In this document: positions 28,984 through 38,906 of the stretch, piece after piece
Layout: every line of letters starts with the position of its first letter
How positions within the stretch are numbered: position 1 is the stretch's first letter
Source of the DNA: a virus
Reading direction: 5' to 3' (one strand)
IMG/VR virus record: IMGVR_UViG_3300044981_000204
Span: 32,001 to 96,000 of that record
DNA length: 64,000 bases
The notes under the pieces: generated by a model
Seen by the model: only the letters and a program-made list of their open reading frames with translations
Databases searched by the model: none
Told to the model about the DNA's origin: nothing
Program-made: the position numbers and the translations under genes

Positions 28984-29799
28984 GTGTCGACCCAATCTCC
29001 AACGCTAAGTACAAAAGACCCGCAACTACTCAACAAGGTGTTGGCGCTGTACCCAGCGCCGCAGCTCCCAGACCTATCGCAGACCATCAAGGTCTCAAAC
29101 CCCAAGGAGGGAGGCGAACTAACCCCCGAGATGTCCCAGTTCGTGGACTCAAACGGGCCTGGTTCTGCCATATTCAACCAGAACTTCAACCAGGCTGTGG
29201 AGTACGAGATGCGGGTCCCCAACTCACAAGCTTACGACGACTTCAACAATAGGCTGCACCAGTGGTGGTCGTCCTTGAACACCGACCACTCGCAGTTCTT
29301 CCCGAATCCCCCGCGGTACAAGGTGCTTGATCCCGCCCAGTACGTGCAGTGGTGGTCGCTGCTGCTCAGCAACATCACGCAGAACTTCATGGGGGCCGGG
29401 ATACCCGACGTGAATCCGCCGCACTTCTACCTAGTCGATGCTCCCACGCCTGTTGTTCCCACTATTTCCGATTCTCCTGCTGTTCCAGCCGCCTCGGCGT
29501 CATCGCCGGTAGGAAATTACATCGGCTCCGGACTCTGGGCGGCCACGGACATGGCCCGCCTATTTCCCGACGGCGAGCCGTGGCCGGCCCCTGACCAGAA
29601 CTCACCCACTGGCTGGTTGAAGCTAGTCTCGTACGTGTCGCCGTTTACCTTAGCCGTCGGCGTCCAGTACTGGGAGGTGGGGCCCGCGCCAGCATCAGCG
29701 ACCACGGCCGCTAGCCTACAGGCGGCGCTGCAGAACGTGTTGAATACCGCGCCAAAATCGGCTCCGGACGCCGTCAAGTCGGCTTTGACGACCACTTAG
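28984..29799 (+). CDS. Hypothetical Pro-rich protein
   Basis: 271-aa ORF with GGAGG RBS. Confidence 0.7.
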   Translation: MSTQSPTLSTKDPQLLNKVLALYPAPQLPDLSQTIKVSNPKEGGELTPEMSQFVDSNGPGSAIFNQNFNQAVEYEMRVPNSQAYDDFNNRLHQWWSSLNTDHSQFFPNPPRYKVLDPAQYVQWWSLLLSNITQNFMGAGIPDVNPPHFYLVDAPTPVVPTISDSPAVPAASASSPVGNYIGSGLWAATDMARLFPDGEPWPAPDQNSPTGWLKLVSYVSPFTLAVGVQYWEVGPAPASATTAASLQAALQNVLNTAPKSAPDAVKSALTTT

Positions 29800-29819
29800 T
29801 CGGCGCAGAGGAATCCTGC

Positions 29820-30497
29820 ATGATTAGGCCAATGATCTTGTTGCTTGCGCCGTTGGCCCTAGCGGTGTCGCAGCCCACGGTGCAGCCCGGTGGCGTTCGC
29901 CATGTGACCGTCTCATTCAGCGCCCAGGGGGCGTTGGGGTCCTCCCTCACCGGGTTGAGCTTCACGGGCTATAGTGCCACGGTGTGCAGTGCAGATGGCC
30001 AGGGCATCGACGTGGGCGGTGGGAGGGTTTGGCAGGCGGCTGAGTCCTTGGGGTTGAGGCTCGTCACGCCCCACGTTGCCTCTCTAGCCGCAACACAAGC
30101 TAAGGCCAGATCAAAGTGGCAGATAATGGCCGTGTTGGGTGCTGAGCTGATGTTCGACATGGCCGTAGTAGCTGGCGCAGACATCGTTCACGTGAACCCT
30201 GCTAAGGTCGTTGGCAAGGTTTGGCGAATCACCCCAATCATCCTCAATAAGAAGCTGGGGGATTGGAACGCTCAGCAGGCCCTGGTCCACCCGGACCTGG
30301 TCTCATCCTTCGGAGACCTTGCCCTGTACCCGGACCACATCATCAGCGTGTCGTCCGGCGGAAACTGCCCACAGAGGCTGTTCCTCGCATCTTCGGGAGG
30401 ACCGGATGGTGGCTCGGTGGATCTGCAGATAGCTGTGCTGCCACCAGCAGTGGTGTTCGCCCCCACCCCACAAGCTGCTCCCGTTCTCGGGAAATAG
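29820..30497 (+). CDS. Predicted exported/membrane protein
   Basis: Signal peptide MIRPMILLLAPLALA plus an internal hydrophobic helix. Confidence 0.6.
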   Translation: MIRPMILLLAPLALAVSQPTVQPGGVRHVTVSFSAQGALGSSLTGLSFTGYSATVCSADGQGIDVGGGRVWQAAESLGLRLVTPHVASLAATQAKARSKWQIMAVLGAELMFDMAVVAGADIVHVNPAKVVGKVWRITPIILNKKLGDWNAQQALVHPDLVSSFGDLALYPDHIISVSSGGNCPQRLFLASSGGPDGGSVDLQIAVLPPAVVFAPTPQAAPVLGK

Positions 30498-30621
30498 TTC
30501 GCCGAGATTTCTCAACAAAAATTGACATAGTATATATCAATTTCAATTGGTTGGTTTCGGAAGGATATTCCTCTCATTCGGAGGGAATGGCCCAAGTTGA
30601 CGTCCCTTGTCACCCGGCCCG

Positions 30622-32109
30622 TCAATTTTGGGTGCCCTGGGCCGACACCCCCAGCAACCACTGCCAGTTAGAAGCCACCACATCGTCGGACAGCTTCTTC
30701 TTTGCCTTGAGCACCCGGATTATCTTATCATCGACTGTGCCCCGGCAGCGTAGGTCGACGTAGACGACCGACTTAGTTTGCCCGATTCGGTGCGACCGAT
30801 CCTCGCTCTGAGACCTGTGCTCTAGGTTGTAGCTATTAGAGTAGTACACCACTAGCTCTGGCTCGATCCACGTGTTTCCGAATTTTCCGGTGTCGGGGTT
30901 GGCGACTATCCACCGCACTGGTGAGCTAGGATCTTGGATGTTTCGCGTGGCCTCGCGCCTCTCGTCCTTGGTGGTCTCGCCGTAGTAGTGGGAGACCGAA
31001 TCTGCCCCAAATTTTTCTGATATTGCTGCAACTATCTGCCTGATGTTGTACCTGTAGGTCGCCCATATGATGGCCTTTCCACGGCATTGTGTGAGCAGTT
31101 CCATCAGTTGCTCCATCCGGTCGTTCGGTTCCCCGAACGGCACCTCGTCCATGTGGTCCGGCTTTATGAAGCCGCAGCTAATTTGATGGAGCCTCAGCAA
31201 CTGCGTCATGACCATGTTGGCGGTCACGTTCTGGGACTCGCTCAGCTGGATGAAGGCGTCCTCGCGCATCCTGCAGTAGGCTTCAGCCTGACGTGGGCCC
31301 ATCTCGACGTCGATGCTCTGGTAGATCTTTGGGGGGAGGTCGAGGCAGTCCTCCTTCTTTACGATGAATGAGAACTGACCCATAAGCCGCTTCAATGTGT
31401 CGAGGTCGCGATACCCGACGACGTGCTTGAATGATCGATTGCCGAACTTTTGGTCTTGCATCACCGCGAAGCGGTTGCGGAACGAGAAGTAGTTTCCGTA
31501 CCCCAGTATGTTGTGCCTGAGGAACTCGGCCTGACTATATAGGTCGAGCGGGCCATTTGGCATCGGGTTGCCGGAGCACACTCGACGGTACTCAGCATAC
31601 TTTCCCACGTTCGTGAGGATCTTAGTGCGCTTGGCGCTGGGGTTCTTGATGGTCGTCGACTCATCCACCGTGAGCATGCATGGGTACCGCTTCATGAAGG
31701 CCACGACCTCGTCCACGGCCCTCTCGCTGTTCATGGCCTCGACGTTGACGACGAGGGTCCTGAGGAAGTCGCCCTCCTCGTGGAGGTTCTTTAGGGATTT
31801 CTGCTCCTCCTTGTTGGCGTACGAGGACCAGTACGCCACCTTGGTTGGCACGGCCTCGGAGGTGTGGGCGGGAATCTGTTCTTCGGGCCAGCATAGGTAC
31901 ATACCCTTCGGGGCAACAACCACGCTCCCCCTGATCTTCCTGTTTAGGTAGAGGTGGCCAGCCGTGTCGATGACGACCTTCGACTTCCCCGTCCCCTGGT
32001 CCATGAACAGAGCAAATGCAAGCCTGTCCCTGGATAGCCTCCAGGCATCGAGCTGGTGCTTGTAGGGTTTGGTCTTGAACGGGTACTCGGTGTAGGTTAC
32101 CTCACCCAT
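30622..32109 (-). CDS. SNF2-family helicase
   Basis: MDQGTGKS (Walker A), VDES (Walker B), SGNP, QSEDRSHRIGQ motifs. Confidence 0.9.
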   Translation of the reverse strand: MGEVTYTEYPFKTKPYKHQLDAWRLSRDRLAFALFMDQGTGKSKVVIDTAGHLYLNRKIRGSVVVAPKGMYLCWPEEQIPAHTSEAVPTKVAYWSSYANKEEQKSLKNLHEEGDFLRTLVVNVEAMNSERAVDEVVAFMKRYPCMLTVDESTTIKNPSAKRTKILTNVGKYAEYRRVCSGNPMPNGPLDLYSQAEFLRHNILGYGNYFSFRNRFAVMQDQKFGNRSFKHVVGYRDLDTLKRLMGQFSFIVKKEDCLDLPPKIYQSIDVEMGPRQAEAYCRMREDAFIQLSESQNVTANMVMTQLLRLHQISCGFIKPDHMDEVPFGEPNDRMEQLMELLTQCRGKAIIWATYRYNIRQIVAAISEKFGADSVSHYYGETTKDERREATRNIQDPSSPVRWIVANPDTGKFGNTWIEPELVVYYSNSYNLEHRSQSEDRSHRIGQTKSVVYVDLRCRGTVDDKIIRVLKAKKKLSDDVVASNWQWLLGVSAQGTQN

Positions 32110-32110
32110 G

Positions 32111-32332
32111 CTACTCGATACTCCTCGTGAACTCCTCCACGAATTCTTCCAGCAGCACGTCCTCTATGAGCTGTCCACGCGTCATTCCCCTTAGTTCGCG
32201 ATAGACCGACGATCGTGTCATTGAGTCTCCCTCGGCCAAGCATAGGCGGAGCTCGTACATGGTGCTGTCGCCCAACTCCTTAGCGCGTTCGGCGATGGCG
32301 TAGACTAGGGAGTTGGAGTCAGTGTGCTTCAT
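32111..32332 (-). CDS. Hypothetical protein
   Basis: Short ORF packed between neighbouring genes. Confidence 0.5.
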   Translation of the reverse strand: MKHTDSNSLVYAIAERAKELGDSTMYELRLCLAEGDSMTRSSVYRELRGMTRGQLIEDVLLEEFVEEFTRSIE

Positions 32333-32615
32333 GTTGGTACTTGAGCCTCCTAACATGCTGCTCAAGCGTTTCACCTTCCGACAAGCGGTCGAAGCAGTCG
32401 TCCAATAGTTCCACCACCCCGTGCCTAATGGCTAGGTGCGTGAGGCCTACCGAGGTGGTGACCTTAGTCTTCTTCATGAGGTTGAACTTGTGTGCCTCGG
32501 CGGTCTTGATGGAGCAACCAATGATGGCCGATATCTCCTTCACGGTGTGGCCGAGGGCGGTATATGCCAACACCTCTAATTCGCGCGCTGTCAAGGTAAT
32601 CGACTTATGGCCCAT
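32319..32615 (-). CDS. LuxR/GerE-type HTH regulator
   Basis: LTARELEVL...G.TVKEIS..IGCSIKTAEAHK.NLMKK pattern. Confidence 0.85.
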   Translation of the reverse strand: MGHKSITLTARELEVLAYTALGHTVKEISAIIGCSIKTAEAHKFNLMKKTKVTTSVGLTHLAIRHGVVELLDDCFDRLSEGETLEQHVRRLKYQHEAH

Positions 32616-32634
32616 GGTCTAATTGTACCTCCCA

Positions 32635-34143
32635 CTACAGCTCGAAGTGCAGGTCCGTCCTCGGAGAAACAACTTGGAGGGTCTCTATGCAGCGAGTGGT
32701 CCCCACATACCAGACCCTTAACTCATCGTCCAGGGACTGCTCCATGTTCTTGAAGCACCGTAGCGACATATCAGTAAGTAGTAGGACATTTTCTGCTTGT
32801 CCACCCTTGGCGCTATGGATGGTGGATATCGATATTCGGGGGGTGGATAGTAGCTTTTCGCCCCTTCGCCTAACAGCTAAGAAGTAGTCCCTTTCTACGG
32901 GCGAGATTTTGGAGAGGGACTCATGCCATATGGCGGTGGTCCCAAGGCCCAGCCCCTGGAGCTCCACTATTCCGTACTGCCTAGACTCCTCGTCCGACCT
33001 TAGCTTTGACACTAGTGCAGGAGTAACCCACCTTCCGTCCACATACTTGAGGCACGCCAGCACCTGCTCGGCCGAGCAGTCCCTGCCCCGCCTAAGATCC
33101 TCCCACGTCCTTATGGCCTTGAGGGTAGGCGACTTGAGGGGATCTCGGTTGATCGAGTTGAAGCTAAATCCTTGTTGGAGGCAATAGTTTTCTAGTTCAG
33201 TCAGTAGGTAGCCGTTGCGCGCAAGCAACATCCAGGTTCCGGACGACAGGTCCACGTCCCCCACGTCACTGTGCCAGTGGATCGCCCCCTCCTCGGGCCT
33301 CGGCTTGAACGACTGGGGGCGCTTGTGCTGCATCTTGGCTGCTATCGACTCGGCTAGTCGGTGCACTGACGCTGGTATCCTCCAGCTCTGATCGAGTTGG
33401 ATCTGCTCCCCCTTCAGGTATATGAACGCGTCGACGTTCGCACCACTCCATGAGTATATGGCCTGTCTATCGTCTCCCCCCACAATCGTATGTGCCGAGT
33501 TGGAGGCCAACATTTCCACCGCCCTCCACTGCAGGGAGCTCGTGTCTTGAACCTCGTCGACCACTAGTAGGTCTAGCTTGGGCAGCGAACTTAGGGGAGA
33601 CATGATGAACTGCTCAATCATGTCCGTGTAGTCCCTAACCCCCCTCGACCTCTTATACGCAACCAGCGACCTAGAGAACCTCTCCAACTCGAACCAATCT
33701 ATGTCCTCGCTGGCCCTCTCCCATGTCGTTCTTAGCGGCTCTAGGCGATTTCTCGCTAAACCGTCCAAGAACATCATGCGGTCGGCCGCTCCCATGCCGT
33801 AAACCTCGTCGTCCGAGGCCCCCTTCCCGTGGAACTCCATCCCTAGCATCTTACCCAACTCGTTGGTGTGCTGCCACGAGAAAGTCCTGTCCCGCGACAT
33901 CCCAAGGTGTCGGAACGCAAACGAGTGCCAGGTCCTGAAGTGCGGGAAGTCGTCCTCCGGAAGGGAGAACCTAACAGATGCACGCTGGCGGGCTTCCTCA
34001 ACTGCCTTCTTGGTGAATGATGTGTAGCCTATCCTGTGGGGCTTGATCCCGGAGGCCAGGGCCTGCTCCACGTATCCCAGCAGCCTAGTGGTTTTACCGG
34101 ACCCAGGTCCCCCCACCACGACGGTCGTCCTACTTGGGTCCAC
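32635..34143 (-). CDS. UvrD/Rep-like SF1 helicase
   Basis: GGPGSGKT, VDEVQD, GDDRQAIY, TIHSAKG, YVGTTR motifs. Confidence 0.9.
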   Translation of the reverse strand: MDPSRTTVVVGGPGSGKTTRLLGYVEQALASGIKPHRIGYTSFTKKAVEEARQRASVRFSLPEDDFPHFRTWHSFAFRHLGMSRDRTFSWQHTNELGKMLGMEFHGKGASDDEVYGMGAADRMMFLDGLARNRLEPLRTTWERASEDIDWFELERFSRSLVAYKRSRGVRDYTDMIEQFIMSPLSSLPKLDLLVVDEVQDTSSLQWRAVEMLASNSAHTIVGGDDRQAIYSWSGANVDAFIYLKGEQIQLDQSWRIPASVHRLAESIAAKMQHKRPQSFKPRPEEGAIHWHSDVGDVDLSSGTWMLLARNGYLLTELENYCLQQGFSFNSINRDPLKSPTLKAIRTWEDLRRGRDCSAEQVLACLKYVDGRWVTPALVSKLRSDEESRQYGIVELQGLGLGTTAIWHESLSKISPVERDYFLAVRRRGEKLLSTPRISISTIHSAKGGQAENVLLLTDMSLRCFKNMEQSLDDELRVWYVGTTRCIETLQVVSPRTDLHFEL

Positions 34144-34336
34144 GGTCCTTTTCCTTCCTAGACGCGTTCCACTCGCCGTTGACTATCTTGCATATGGTAG
34201 ACTTGCAAACGTCGAAGTGCCTCGCCGTGCTGGCCAAGCCGTGCTTCTTCCTGTATTGCTTTATGAGGTCGCGGAGGCCGCGGGTCTTGCCGTAGGTCCT
34301 CATGTGTGGCTTGCGCTCGTATATGCCCCTGGGCAT
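34130..34336 (-). CDS. Small basic HTH-like protein
   Basis: ARHFDVCKSTICKIVNG HTH-like segment; overlaps both neighbours. Confidence 0.55.
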   Translation of the reverse strand: MPRGIYERKPHMRTYGKTRGLRDLIKQYRKKHGLASTARHFDVCKSTICKIVNGEWNASRKEKDRGPK

Positions 34337-35862
34337 TAGAACGGCTCCACCTTCCCAACTACCTCCTTGGGCACGTCGAACGGCTGTGTTTGCTTATTGA
34401 AGGACCTCAGAGACCAGAGGTTGGTGCCGCGTCCCTTAAGGTTCTTGAATGTGTGGTCTGCCCCCACGTCCCGGAGCATGGACGCTATCTTCTGCCTCTT
34501 GAAGTCGGTCAGCTTCATGTGCGTCAGGAATGTTTGCAGGTCCTGCAACCTGAAGTACGTCCTGCTGCCCTCGGTATACGGCTTGCCGAGCACCACCTCC
34601 TCAAGGGATATGGCCTGCGCGCGCCCAGTGCAGAACTTCTCCACGGCCTCCCAGAACTGGCCCTCCGGCGAGGAGTCCTCCGACGCCTCTATGATGGTTA
34701 TCCCGTCCATAGCGTGCTGGACAGCCGCCTGCCAGTTCACGGCAGAAGGCATCGGCGGCATCAAGTTGAGGGACTCCATGCACTTCCTCTGGAAGCGCCT
34801 TGGGTCCTGCAGGTCCTCGGTGGCTAGCTCCATCCTGGTGCCGTCTATCTCCCAAAACCAGACCGGGGGCCTGGTGTTCAGCTTGCTTAATCCACCCAGC
34901 GTGGGGAACTTGCCGTTTGCCCCGCTACCTACGCCGAACTTCCTCGTCCTGCAAAGCGTCGCGTTGCAGTGGCTGCATATTGGTTCCCTAGAACAGCTAT
35001 AGGTGTAGTCCTTCTTCCTGAGCGACTTTGAGACCCCCTGGACCTCGGAGGCGAGGAGCGGGGGACTCATATACTTATAGTTGTACTGGTCGAGGGCCCG
35101 CTCCCAGTCGTCAGGTTGAGACAGCTTAAGGTAGACGCCAATGTTGTAGAGGCCGTTGTTGCGCGACCCCGTCGGGTAGCCAACCTGCGACAGGGCCTGC
35201 AGGCACGGGGGACCATCCTCGAACTCCGACTCGAGGACTAATTTGGAGTTGAACCACTCGGGCGACTGCCTGCACTCGTCGGCATACCTTAAGAACTGTT
35301 CGGGAGTTAGGGCGTTTCCCTCCATGTCCACGGCGTAGCGCATACCGCGGACTCCGCTGAAGTAGGGCACATTGATCCAGCTCCCAACGTCTGACTGCTC
35401 GACCAGGATGTGGGACTGCTTCGGGAAGATCTCCTGTTTACCGTAGCCGAGCAAAGACGCTACCTCACCAAGCTTTATCCTCATGGCCGAGGCAGGGATC
35501 GGCTGTCTGGAGAAGCAGTAGAGGTGGGCTCCCCCCGACTTGGTGCGGCAGACGACCAAAGGGATGTTGCTCCGCTTTAGCTTAACAACCAGGGTTCGAT
35601 GGTCGAGGTTATAGATGTCGACGTCTATGGCGCCAAAGACGCACGTGCTGTCCTCACGTATGGGAACTATGCCCAGGCCGTGGCCTCCCGCCAGGTGATC
35701 CTCCCACAGAGCCAAAGTGACCGGGGCCCGCTTGGTCTGAGCGACGCCGACTTTTTTGCCGTCATCCCGTGAGCTGTTCACATCGTAGGTGCCGTAGGCG
35801 GTGCTCATGCCAGCAAATAGCTGGTTGAACTGTTCAGCTAACGATGTAGTGGTGCTACTCAT
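34336..35862 (-). CDS. DNA primase (AEP-type with PriCT-like domain)
   Basis: FGAIDVD, TKSGGAHLY, EIFPKQ, GPPCL and GSRNNGLY motifs. Confidence 0.8.
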   Translation of the reverse strand: MSSTTTSLAEQFNQLFAGMSTAYGTYDVNSSRDDGKKVGVAQTKRAPVTLALWEDHLAGGHGLGIVPIREDSTCVFGAIDVDIYNLDHRTLVVKLKRSNIPLVVCRTKSGGAHLYCFSRQPIPASAMRIKLGEVASLLGYGKQEIFPKQSHILVEQSDVGSWINVPYFSGVRGMRYAVDMEGNALTPEQFLRYADECRQSPEWFNSKLVLESEFEDGPPCLQALSQVGYPTGSRNNGLYNIGVYLKLSQPDDWERALDQYNYKYMSPPLLASEVQGVSKSLRKKDYTYSCSREPICSHCNATLCRTRKFGVGSGANGKFPTLGGLSKLNTRPPVWFWEIDGTRMELATEDLQDPRRFQRKCMESLNLMPPMPSAVNWQAAVQHAMDGITIIEASEDSSPEGQFWEAVEKFCTGRAQAISLEEVVLGKPYTEGSRTYFRLQDLQTFLTHMKLTDFKRQKIASMLRDVGADHTFKNLKGRGTNLWSLRSFNKQTQPFDVPKEVVGKVEPF

Positions 35863-35874
35863 CGTTGCTTACTT

Positions 35875-36534
35875 TCACCTTTCCTCGTATCTTTTCAACC
35901 TGTTGGGAAGATTTTTTCCATGGTTAATATACCAGCAGGTCCAGCAAGCACATCTACCGCTACTTGGATTTACATAGGTGTTTATTTCATCAAGTTGGTG
36001 GCCGTGTTTACATTGCTGTTTTCGTACAATTTGCTTGTGAATAGGAAGGGGTGTTGTTAATATGGCGTATGGTTTTAGCTTATCTGGAAGATTGAGGCCT
36101 TTGCTAATATAATGACAAGTTAAACACACCCGCATATTGTCTGATGGACGAATGTAGGTGTTTACCTCGTTAAATGGATGGCCTCGTCGGCAGGATTGCT
36201 TCTTTACGCGCCTATAGCCACTTGCGCCACCTCCGCCAAGGGTCATGTTGTAACCCCCCGGAACAAACGTATTTAGTTCCAAAATCCATCGAACTTCTTT
36301 AGTGTTTAGTTCTTCACGTGAACTTGCTTCATCAATGATCCGCAAAATGAAGGCCTCTTTTCCATATTTGCAGATAACATGGCAAAGAATCTCTGTAGCA
36401 CCTATTCGAGCACGACGGCGATGATGCTTCCACCTTTTTTTAAGCGAACCAACAGTCTGTCCAATGTACTGTTCTCCAGTAATCGTGTTCAATATGGCGT
36501 AGATGATTCCAAAGGGTTTTGAAATTTGACCCAT
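35875..36534 (-). mobile_element. Free-standing GIY-YIG homing endonuclease
   Basis: IIYAILN....YIGQT, E..WI and GYN motifs; AT-rich relative to flanks; two C-terminal C..GH...C..C repeats. Confidence 0.85.
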
Positions 36535-36551
36535 TTGCGCCCTTTTTTCAA

Positions 36552-36583
36552 GGCGCCGCACTAGTCGACTTAGCTGCGGCGCC
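36552..36583. other. GC-rich hairpin between the SSB and GIY-YIG genes
   Basis: Inverted repeat GGCGCCGCA...TGCGGCGCC. Confidence 0.5.
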
Positions 36584-36596
36584 AATTCGGCCGGGG

Positions 36597-37466
36597 CTAG
36601 AACGGCACCTCCTCCTTGTCGGTGGGGGCTTCTTCGAAGTCCTGTGGGGGAGCGGACACGCGGATGCGGCCGGCGACCGCGTCGACCGAGAACGCCTTGG
36701 CCATCTTGTACAGGTCCACGGACTGGACCTCGCCCTCGGAGACTATCCTCCACCCAAACCAGTCGTAGCTGTCCTTGGTTTGTCCGACCGTGGTCAACCG
36801 GTAGACGTGGCTGTACGACGGGGGGTTGTACGCCCGACCCTGCGCGTCCTTCTTCATGATAGTGCGCATGGTCGTGTTCCAGGTCCTGGACGCCTTGAGC
36901 TGGGTCGAGTACATGGAGATGATCCCGTACTCCGGGAACCCCTCGTCGTGCACGTGCAGTATGAAGTGGTACGCCGTGTCCACGACGATGTCTCGGGTTG
37001 CCTCGTCGAACATGCGGCCGCGGGGGTCGACCTTGAACGTCTTTAGGATGGGGTCCGTCTCCTTGTAGGAGCACACCAACCCGCCGCCGTCGTCGCGGTT
37101 CTTCCACCTTACGGCCAACTTGTTGTAGGCGCAGGGGACAACTGGGATGCCCTCCTCGCCGGGGTACAGGGCCCCAGTGACCGTGTTCATGATCATGCCG
37201 GCCTCGGCTCCCTTGATGAACTTGGAGTTGGCCCTGCTGACCTGGGGGCTTCCCTTCTGCAGGATGGTGAGGAAGGGCACCGCGAAGTCGTTGGCGCCCA
37301 GGTTCTGGAGACCGCCTCCGGCGTCCTCCATGAACAGTTCTGATAGTGGCCGGTCGACCTGGCCGTTGCCAGCGGCCGTCTGGAGCGCGGTACCTTGGTT
37401 GGCCGGCTCCGCCGCGACTGGCGGCGGGGGCGCGGCGGTTTCTGCCGTGGTCTGGTGCTTTGCCAT
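36597..37466 (-). CDS. Single-stranded DNA-binding protein (putative)
   Basis: PFLTILQ..SPQ and M.STQLK.SR.WN motifs; acidic C-terminus EEVPF. Confidence 0.7.
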   Translation of the reverse strand: MAKHQTTAETAAPPPPVAAEPANQGTALQTAAGNGQVDRPLSELFMEDAGGGLQNLGANDFAVPFLTILQKGSPQVSRANSKFIKGAEAGMIMNTVTGALYPGEEGIPVVPCAYNKLAVRWKNRDDGGGLVCSYKETDPILKTFKVDPRGRMFDEATRDIVVDTAYHFILHVHDEGFPEYGIISMYSTQLKASRTWNTTMRTIMKKDAQGRAYNPPSYSHVYRLTTVGQTKDSYDWFGWRIVSEGEVQSVDLYKMAKAFSVDAVAGRIRVSAPPQDFEEAPTDKEEVPF

Positions 37467-37511
37467 GCTGTTCTACTTTCTCCTTCTGCTTTGTTTTAAT
37501 TCTAAGAAATG

Positions 37512-37844
37512 TTAACTACCACTGAGCAATCTTCTGCTCAATATTGAGAGTGCTTGCTTCTCCTGCTTTGTTAAGCCCTCTTCTGGAACAACGTCTTGTA
37601 CGAATCCAGCCACGCGTCCAGGCTGGTATGGGGCCAACAGACCACATATTTCTGCAAATCTAGACCTAATTATGCCAGCAACACACTGTTGACATAGGTC
37701 GGAGTGCTGCCACTTTGAAGGAAACTTGATGTGTATGGAGATATCCGAAGAATCTCCGATGGTAGTCCCGTAGGCGCGGTTGGCGACTGGATTTTGCGGC
37801 GTAGTCAATGCTCCGCAGCTATCGCACTTTTGAACATGAGCCAT
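37512..37844 (-). CDS. Hypothetical Zn-finger protein
   Basis: CDSCG ... DLCQQC; AAGGAG RBS. Confidence 0.6.
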   Translation of the reverse strand: MAHVQKCDSCGALTTPQNPVANRAYGTTIGDSSDISIHIKFPSKWQHSDLCQQCVAGIIRSRFAEICGLLAPYQPGRVAGFVQDVVPEEGLTKQEKQALSILSRRLLSGS

Positions 37845-37847
37845 CGA

Positions 37848-38090
37848 TTACTCCTTCTCCTCGAAATATCCAGCGTAGACCCTTCGCATCATTCGCTTGT
37901 CCTTGCCGTGGACGTGGACTAGATTGTCCGTAGAATACCAATGGCGGTCGTCGCCGGCGAATTGAACTAGGCCCTCATCCCTGTCAAGCTTAACTACCAC
38001 GTGCTTGAATCGAGAGTCTCGCTCCCCTGGGGAGTTTAGCACGTCACCAACCTTCACTTTCTTATTTAGCAATGATCTGATCCTGGCCAT
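37848..38090 (-). CDS. Hypothetical protein
   Basis: 80-aa ORF with GGAG RBS. Confidence 0.6.
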   Translation of the reverse strand: MARIRSLLNKKVKVGDVLNSPGERDSRFKHVVVKLDRDEGLVQFAGDDRHWYSTDNLVHVHGKDKRMMRRVYAGYFEEKE

Positions 38091-38093
38091 CGA

Positions 38094-38255
38094 CTACTCC
38101 AGTCCTACCCACCGCCTAGGTAGGTCCCTAGGCTCCCCTGGCCATGCTCTCGGGAGAGTCCAGTCGTGAAATCTCCAAGCCCACAGTCTGCCAAAGGATA
38201 GGCCGATTAGGGGATGGGCCACGAGGTGGTGCACAAGCTGCCAGAATAGTCGCAT
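38094..38255 (-). CDS. Small hypothetical protein (not in ORF track)
   Basis: Hand translation MRLFWQLVHHLVAHPLIGLSFGRLWAWRFHDWT...; fills the gap exactly. Confidence 0.55.
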   Translation of the reverse strand: MRLFWQLVHHLVAHPLIGLSFGRLWAWRFHDWTLPRAWPGEPRDLPRRWVGLE

Positions 38256-38268
38256 TTCAGCTAATCCC

Positions 38269-38856
38269 TTACTTAGGTAGTGAGATCGTCGCGACCTTCT
38301 CGACGTAGATCGAGAAGACGTCGGTCGGCGTCGGTAGGCCGTCCTCTAGCCTCCGCTTCACGAAGGCCTTGAGGGTCGACGGGTGGACCGACCTGCTGTT
38401 GCTGTAGCTGTACCCGTGCTTCTTGAGCACCTCCATCAGGGCAGAGGCCTCGTCGTCCTGGCCTTTGCCAAATGGCACCTCCACCTTGTTCTTTATGATC
38501 CCATCGTTGTCCGTCTCCTTGAGCCACTCGAACGCCCTCTCCTGGTTCTCCTGGGTGATCCCGGCGTGGATCTTCTCCTCGATCGAGACGACGAACCCAT
38601 TTGTTAGTACGAATTTCCGCATGCCCATGGACTCGACCAAGGTGGGTAGGTCGCCTTTCTGCACCTTGGCTAGCTGGGACCTGGCGTCCTCCAGCTCCCT
38701 CTCCTTGTCCGAGACCAGCTTCAGGAGCCTGAGCTGCTCGTTCGCCAGCTGGGCCACCGTGGCCAGCTCCTGGTCGCTGGGGACCCGCGACCTTGCTTCT
38801 TCTGCGTCCGCCGCCATCAGCGCGGAAAGGTCCTCGCCCATGTTGTCTGCCTCCAT
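38269..38856 (-). CDS. Conserved phage replication-module protein
   Basis: Coiled coil, then AFEWLKE..IIK and VHPSTLKAFVK motifs. Confidence 0.7.
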   Translation of the reverse strand: MEADNMGEDLSALMAADAEEARSRVPSDQELATVAQLANEQLRLLKLVSDKERELEDARSQLAKVQKGDLPTLVESMGMRKFVLTNGFVVSIEEKIHAGITQENQERAFEWLKETDNDGIIKNKVEVPFGKGQDDEASALMEVLKKHGYSYSNSRSVHPSTLKAFVKRRLEDGLPTPTDVFSIYVEKVATISLPK

Positions 38857-38906
38857 ATGGTTGATTGCATTACAATATTAACACGGGGTTTGTCGGGGGG
38901 CTCGGG

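Noticed and set aside
30498-30621. Promoter at TTGACA (30522) in the convergence gap
   Set aside because: No convincing -10 at 16-18 bp spacing and no downstream + strand gene; the nearby weak hairpin lacks a clear U-tract.
35875-37107. 410-aa ORF as a single protein
   Set aside because: Its N-terminal half is an off-frame overlap of the SSB gene; the GIY-YIG protein starts at 36534.
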